Assembly: GCA_004213175.1 (NCBI GenBank) | Contig: SHAT01000001.1 | Span: 1,720-65,719, forward strand | Direction of reading: 5' to 3' | DNA: 64,000 nucleotides | Origin: Pseudomonadota bacterium | Lineage (GTDB): Bacteria > SAR324 > NAC60-12 | Shown: positions 60,283 through 64,000 of the stretch, piece after piece | Position numbering within the stretch: position 1 is the first letter of the stretch | Layout of the letters: each line of letters begins with the position of its first letter | The notes under the pieces: model-generated | What the model saw: only the letters and a program-made list of their open reading frames with translations | Databases searched by the model: none | What the model was told of the DNA's origin: nothing | Made by a program: the position numbers and the translations under genes

Positions 60283-61023
60283 TTGAACGAACCGCAAGCC
60301 TTCAAATTTATGACAAGAAAGAAAAAACAAATCAAAGTTATTATTTTGTTAGTAACTTTTTCCATTGTCTTAGCATCGTTCTTCGCTTTCGAATTACGGC
60401 AATACCTCACACTCGAATATCTAAAATACGCAAAATCATTATTCATATCATACCACGAGCAAAACCCTATCTTAGTACTTGGATCTTATTTCCTGAGTTA
60501 TGTAGTCATGACTACGTTTTCACTTCCAGGAGCAATCTGGATGACTTTGGGGGCAGGCGCGATTTTCGGATTAGTGAAAGGGACGATAATGATCTCATTC
60601 GCCGCTACCATTGGGGCGACACTCGCTATGTTAATCTCACGCTATTTATTAAGAAACTTCGTACAAAGTCATTTCCAGAAACAAATGCAAACTATAAATT
60701 CGGGCATACAAAAAGATGGTGGTTTCTATTTATTTACTTTACGTCTTTTACCAGTCATTCCATTTTTTCTGATTAATTTAGCTATAGGATTGACTTGGTT
60801 GCGAACTTCTACCTTTTACTGGGTTAGTCAACTTGGAATGCTTCCAGGAACTTTGATTTATATAAATGCAGGCTCGGAACTAGCGAAACTTGAGACCTTG
60901 AGCGACATACTTTCACCAACCTTAACTGTTTCATTAGTTCTATTGGGAATTTTTCCGTTACTCGTTAGAAAACTTTTATCAATCATTGAAACAAAAAGGG
61001 CTCAGGAAGTGTCTGAAGCCTAG
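60283..61023 (+). CDS. DedA / TVP38-TMEM64 family membrane protein
   Basis: 246 aa. Characteristic LRLLPVIPFFLINLAIG and G-rich re-entrant region. Confidence 0.75.
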   Translation: MNEPQAFKFMTRKKKQIKVIILLVTFSIVLASFFAFELRQYLTLEYLKYAKSLFISYHEQNPILVLGSYFLSYVVMTTFSLPGAIWMTLGAGAIFGLVKGTIMISFAATIGATLAMLISRYLLRNFVQSHFQKQMQTINSGIQKDGGFYLFTLRLLPVIPFFLINLAIGLTWLRTSTFYWVSQLGMLPGTLIYINAGSELAKLETLSDILSPTLTVSLVLLGIFPLLVRKLLSIIETKRAQEVSEA

Positions 61024-61494
61024 ACTGGGAAACAAATAGACTCTTTGCCTTTAAGCGAACATGGTATCAAGATAGCATAAAGAACCAATAAAAAAGCATC
61101 CCTTTACTAACTGAATTTGGAGGAAATTGTTCTAAATAAATGTCATGCTTGGACTTCTTAAAACAATTATTTTGATTTTAATAATCGCTACTGTAATCAT
61201 ATCGCCGGCTTTTATCTGGAGCAGTCTTGACAGAAAATCTTATGAACATTTCTTACTTCACAGTGTTTCTCCCTTATCTCAAAAGAGCCGCAATACACTG
61301 TTGCAATAGTAATTAAAAAAATTAATTATATCTAATTTGTATTTATCTTATAACTGATTTAAAAACTAATCCTGAGACTAAATATGGAACAATCAAAAAA
61401 GCTATAATTATTTTAATTTTGTGAATTATTTTACTACTCAACATATTTCCTGCTTACAATAATTCGTGAGCGGGAATCACACAAAATGCCAAAA

Positions 61495-61725
61495 TACCAA
61501 CAGTCTACTTGAAAGCCCAAGGAACAATTCTCGCTCAACCGGAAAACTTGTTGCTGGATGAACCGTTTTCTAGACTTGATCAGGAATTGCGCGGTAAGTC
61601 CGAGATCTAAGGTTTTGTTCATTAGTAAAAACCAACTCCCCTCCCTTCTTGTCACCCATGACCCTGCTGATGCAAAAAGGGCTGATGAAGATATTCTTGC
61701 TTTTTCATGCCTCAAACTTATATAA
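61495..61725 (+). pseudogene. Decayed fragment of an ABC-transporter ATPase gene (Walker B / D-loop and H-loop regions only)
   Basis: Plus-strand frame gives ...LKAQGTILAQPENLLLDEPFSRLDQELRGKSEI, then a stop. A shifted frame gives ...LLVTHDPADAKRADEDILAF, then a stop. There is no Walker A or signature upstream, and in-frame stops plus a frameshift interrupt it. Confidence 0.4.
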
Positions 61726-61908
61726 CAACAGGAATCTGGCTCGAGATGACTTATCGTAGTTGATAATATCAGTATCTTCCGAGAACCCATGCCTCAAAAT
61801 GTACTTCTTCGCTGGCACTAATTCCGCAATTTCTTGCGTAAAATGTCATACAGTTGTATAACAAAGGGCCGTCGCGTTGATTACTTTTCTTAAAATTATA
61901 GCTTTTCT

Positions 61909-62886
61909 GTGTCCATTTCAAATTCGTCCAATCGTTCTTTTCAGCACTCAATCTTTACTGTACTGATCGGGTTGTTTTTATTTTCACTGACTTCCACGGT
62001 TTGGCCAAAGGAATACAAACCGAGTGCGGTGGTTATGGGATTAAACACAAGTTCCACACCAGAATTTTCGGAACAAATCTTGCTTCACAAATTGAGGAAT
62101 GAATTAGCCGGCAGCTTTGATTTAAGAAAGCAAGGCGCTTTTGAAATAGCCCTAAATAAACTTCAAAGTTCCACAGAGAAAAATTACTGTCTTCAGCTAA
62201 AATGTATACTGGAGGTACTTGAGGCATTTCCACAGACAAGTTTATTCTTACTGAAAAGCCAACCTGAAAATAATAGACTAACTCTGGTACTGATAGGCGA
62301 AAATCAGCGCTGGCGAGTGATAAATGAAGTTTGTGCACTCTGCTCTTTGACTCCGGAAGAGATGTTGAAAAATGTAGTGCTCAGAATGGAGAGTTACGCA
62401 ATGCCTCCAATGGTAGTGGAACGCACAAGGCCTCAGACTCTTTCTTCTTCAACTTCTACGGAAACAGTCAGAGAGAAAACCGATTCTGCAAAAACAAAAA
62501 ATAAAACGGCAAAGTTTTTGTCCGACACTAAATTACGCAAAAGAACGAAAAGGTTTAAACCGAAAACCAGTTCGCCGTTGGACGAACTGCAATTCAAAAT
62601 TGCACAAAGACGTTACAATCAGTTAATTTGGAATAATATCAAAAAAGATTTAATGTTTTTTCGACAAAAAAACCGTAGTCAGACCATTAAAAACTTAAAA
62701 GCACGATTGAGACTTCAGATTGATCAATCCGGTAAGGTGATTGAAAGACGTTTGTTAAAAGCAAGTGGTTCTCAAAAATTCGATAAATCGATTCTTGATT
62801 CAGTTGATTTGCTGAAACTTCCTCCACCGATGGAACTGCTGATTCGACATCCACCTTACGTAGTTACGATACTGATTCAACCTTAA
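61909..62886 (+). CDS. TonB-like energy-transducer protein (TonB C-terminal domain)
   Basis: 325 aa. N-terminal TM (IFTVLIGLFLFSLTSTV). Lys-rich linker. C-terminal TonB_C-like pattern (ARLRLQIDQSGKVIERRLLKASGSQKFDKSILDSVDLLKLPPP). Confidence 0.55.
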   Translation: MSISNSSNRSFQHSIFTVLIGLFLFSLTSTVWPKEYKPSAVVMGLNTSSTPEFSEQILLHKLRNELAGSFDLRKQGAFEIALNKLQSSTEKNYCLQLKCILEVLEAFPQTSLFLLKSQPENNRLTLVLIGENQRWRVINEVCALCSLTPEEMLKNVVLRMESYAMPPMVVERTRPQTLSSSTSTETVREKTDSAKTKNKTAKFLSDTKLRKRTKRFKPKTSSPLDELQFKIAQRRYNQLIWNNIKKDLMFFRQKNRSQTIKNLKARLRLQIDQSGKVIERRLLKASGSQKFDKSILDSVDLLKLPPPMELLIRHPPYVVTILIQP

Positions 62887-62982
62887 AGAATATCGGTAAA
62901 TTCTAAAATAGTAAAAATAACGTTTTTTTTCATTCCAGCTTCACGTGATTGCCAACTTTTAAAAAAGTTTCAAAAGTATTTT

Positions 62983-63972
62983 ATGGACATTATTTCAGCA
63001 GAAGAGCAAAATTCTGAAATGCCAAATCCCGAAGTAGGAGCAGTTGCTGAACAAAAGCCCTCTCTTCCACCGAATGAGGCCTTGAAGCTTGTTTTTGGAG
63101 AATATGCTGCAAATACTCAGCGTGCATACGCGCGCGCTTTCAGGGATTTACAGGAATGGGCAGATATCCGGGAGCTGAGGGAAATGGAGGACTTCGATCC
63201 TCTCTGGATGCTAGAATATAAAAATCAGCTGAAATCCTCAGGCAAAAAAGCTTCGACCATCAACCAAACCATGAGTGCCCTGCGCAAAGTCTGTAAGGTG
63301 CTGACAGAATTTGGCTACCTCAAACAAAATCCTTTCAAAGCTTCTGTCATCCGCGCAGAAAAAATTGACACTGCAACCAGTAAGGGGGCTCTCCAAGTTT
63401 CTCAGCTCAATGCCATGATAGAAGCAAATAAGGTAATGCAATATGATGGACGTATGGCACCCCTGCTCCGGGTTAGGAATGATTTGGTGTTGAAATTTCT
63501 GTATCTCACCGCAGCCCGACGCGGTGAAACCGCTGGTTTATGCTGGAGTGATATTGTACAGGATGGGTCTTTTTATGTAGCAGTACTGAAGCATACGAAA
63601 AGCGGAAAAGAACAGCGGATAAAATTAAGACATGAACTTCATGAAGAACTATCCGAGTGGAACTCATTTCTGCAACAAAATAACATTAATTCCGCGTATG
63701 TTTTTCCATCACTTGGCTTTAGGACTCATGGTCAAAAAATGTCTGGAAAAGGTATTAATGACATTGTTTCCAGACTCGGCAAAGCAATTGGTTTAAATAT
63801 TTCGGCACATTATCTTAGACACACTGCAATCACTCTTTCATTGGAATTGGGCGAACCGTTGCAGAAAGTCCAGTCTTATGCACGACATGCTTCAGCCAAT
63901 ACCACTATCCGTTACTTCCATGACCGACAACTTTTAGAAAAAAACCCTACCGATAGCCTACCCTTGATTTAA
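62983..63972 (+). mobile_element. Tyrosine recombinase / phage-type integrase
   Basis: 329 aa. N-terminal SAM-like core-binding domain. Catalytic C-terminus LRHTAITLSLELG...YARHASANTTIRYFH (R, H-x-x-R, Y). Visibly GC-richer than its surroundings. Confidence 0.8.
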
Positions 63973-64000
63973 AGAATCATATTTAATGAATTAGATGGAA

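Noticed and set aside
61434-61790. 118-aa minus-strand ORF
   Set aside because: It runs antisense through the ABC-ATPase remnant whose plus-strand frames retain recognisable Walker B and H-loop peptides. It is probably not a gene.

Overview
This 64-kb window reads as an AT-rich (about 35-40% GC by eye) Gram-negative chromosomal backbone from a flagellated bacterium. Gene density is high and the products are mostly housekeeping.

Genes identified:
- Cell division and DNA/RNA: bpt (5' part), a tail-less FtsZ paralogue, topA, recN, dnaG, rpoD, obg, tilS, tsaB/tsaE, rlmN, pheS.
- Nitrogen: glnE and glnA, adjacent on the minus strand.
- Flagellar rod/ring genes: flgF-flgG-flgA-flgH.
- Envelope and transport: lpxA, an MsbA-like exporter, a complete Liv-type branched-chain amino-acid ABC transporter (livKHMGF order on the minus strand), two large TPR proteins, a DedA protein.
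- Other: clpP, cspA, a Nudix hydrolase, a RibD-type deaminase, an MBL hydrolase, an alpha/beta hydrolase, an aminotransferase.

No rRNA, tRNA or CRISPR array was found.

Regions that the housekeeping backbone does not explain:
- 18061-23303: a 1287-aa homologue of class I (CyaA-type) adenylate cyclases with large extra N- and C-terminal regions, plus a 416-aa protein of unknown function, immediately after the flagellar genes.
- 54269-58709: a three-gene operon of a MotA/TolQ/ExbB-family proton-channel protein carrying an N-terminal zinc ribbon and a long C-terminal tail, an ExbD/TolR-like partner, and an 893-aa TPR lipoprotein. An orphan TonB-C-terminal-domain protein lies about 3 kb away (61909-62886).
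- 622-1602: a divergent FtsZ paralogue with no C-terminal linker or tail, outside any division-gene cluster.
- 61495-63972: a decayed ABC-ATPase gene fragment and a GC-richer tyrosine recombinase at the 3' window edge, suggesting an island boundary.
- 34995-35699: a catalytically degenerate ABC-ATPase-like protein divergent from tsaE.

All calls come from motif recognition in the supplied translations and by-eye reading of the DNA. No database searches were run.
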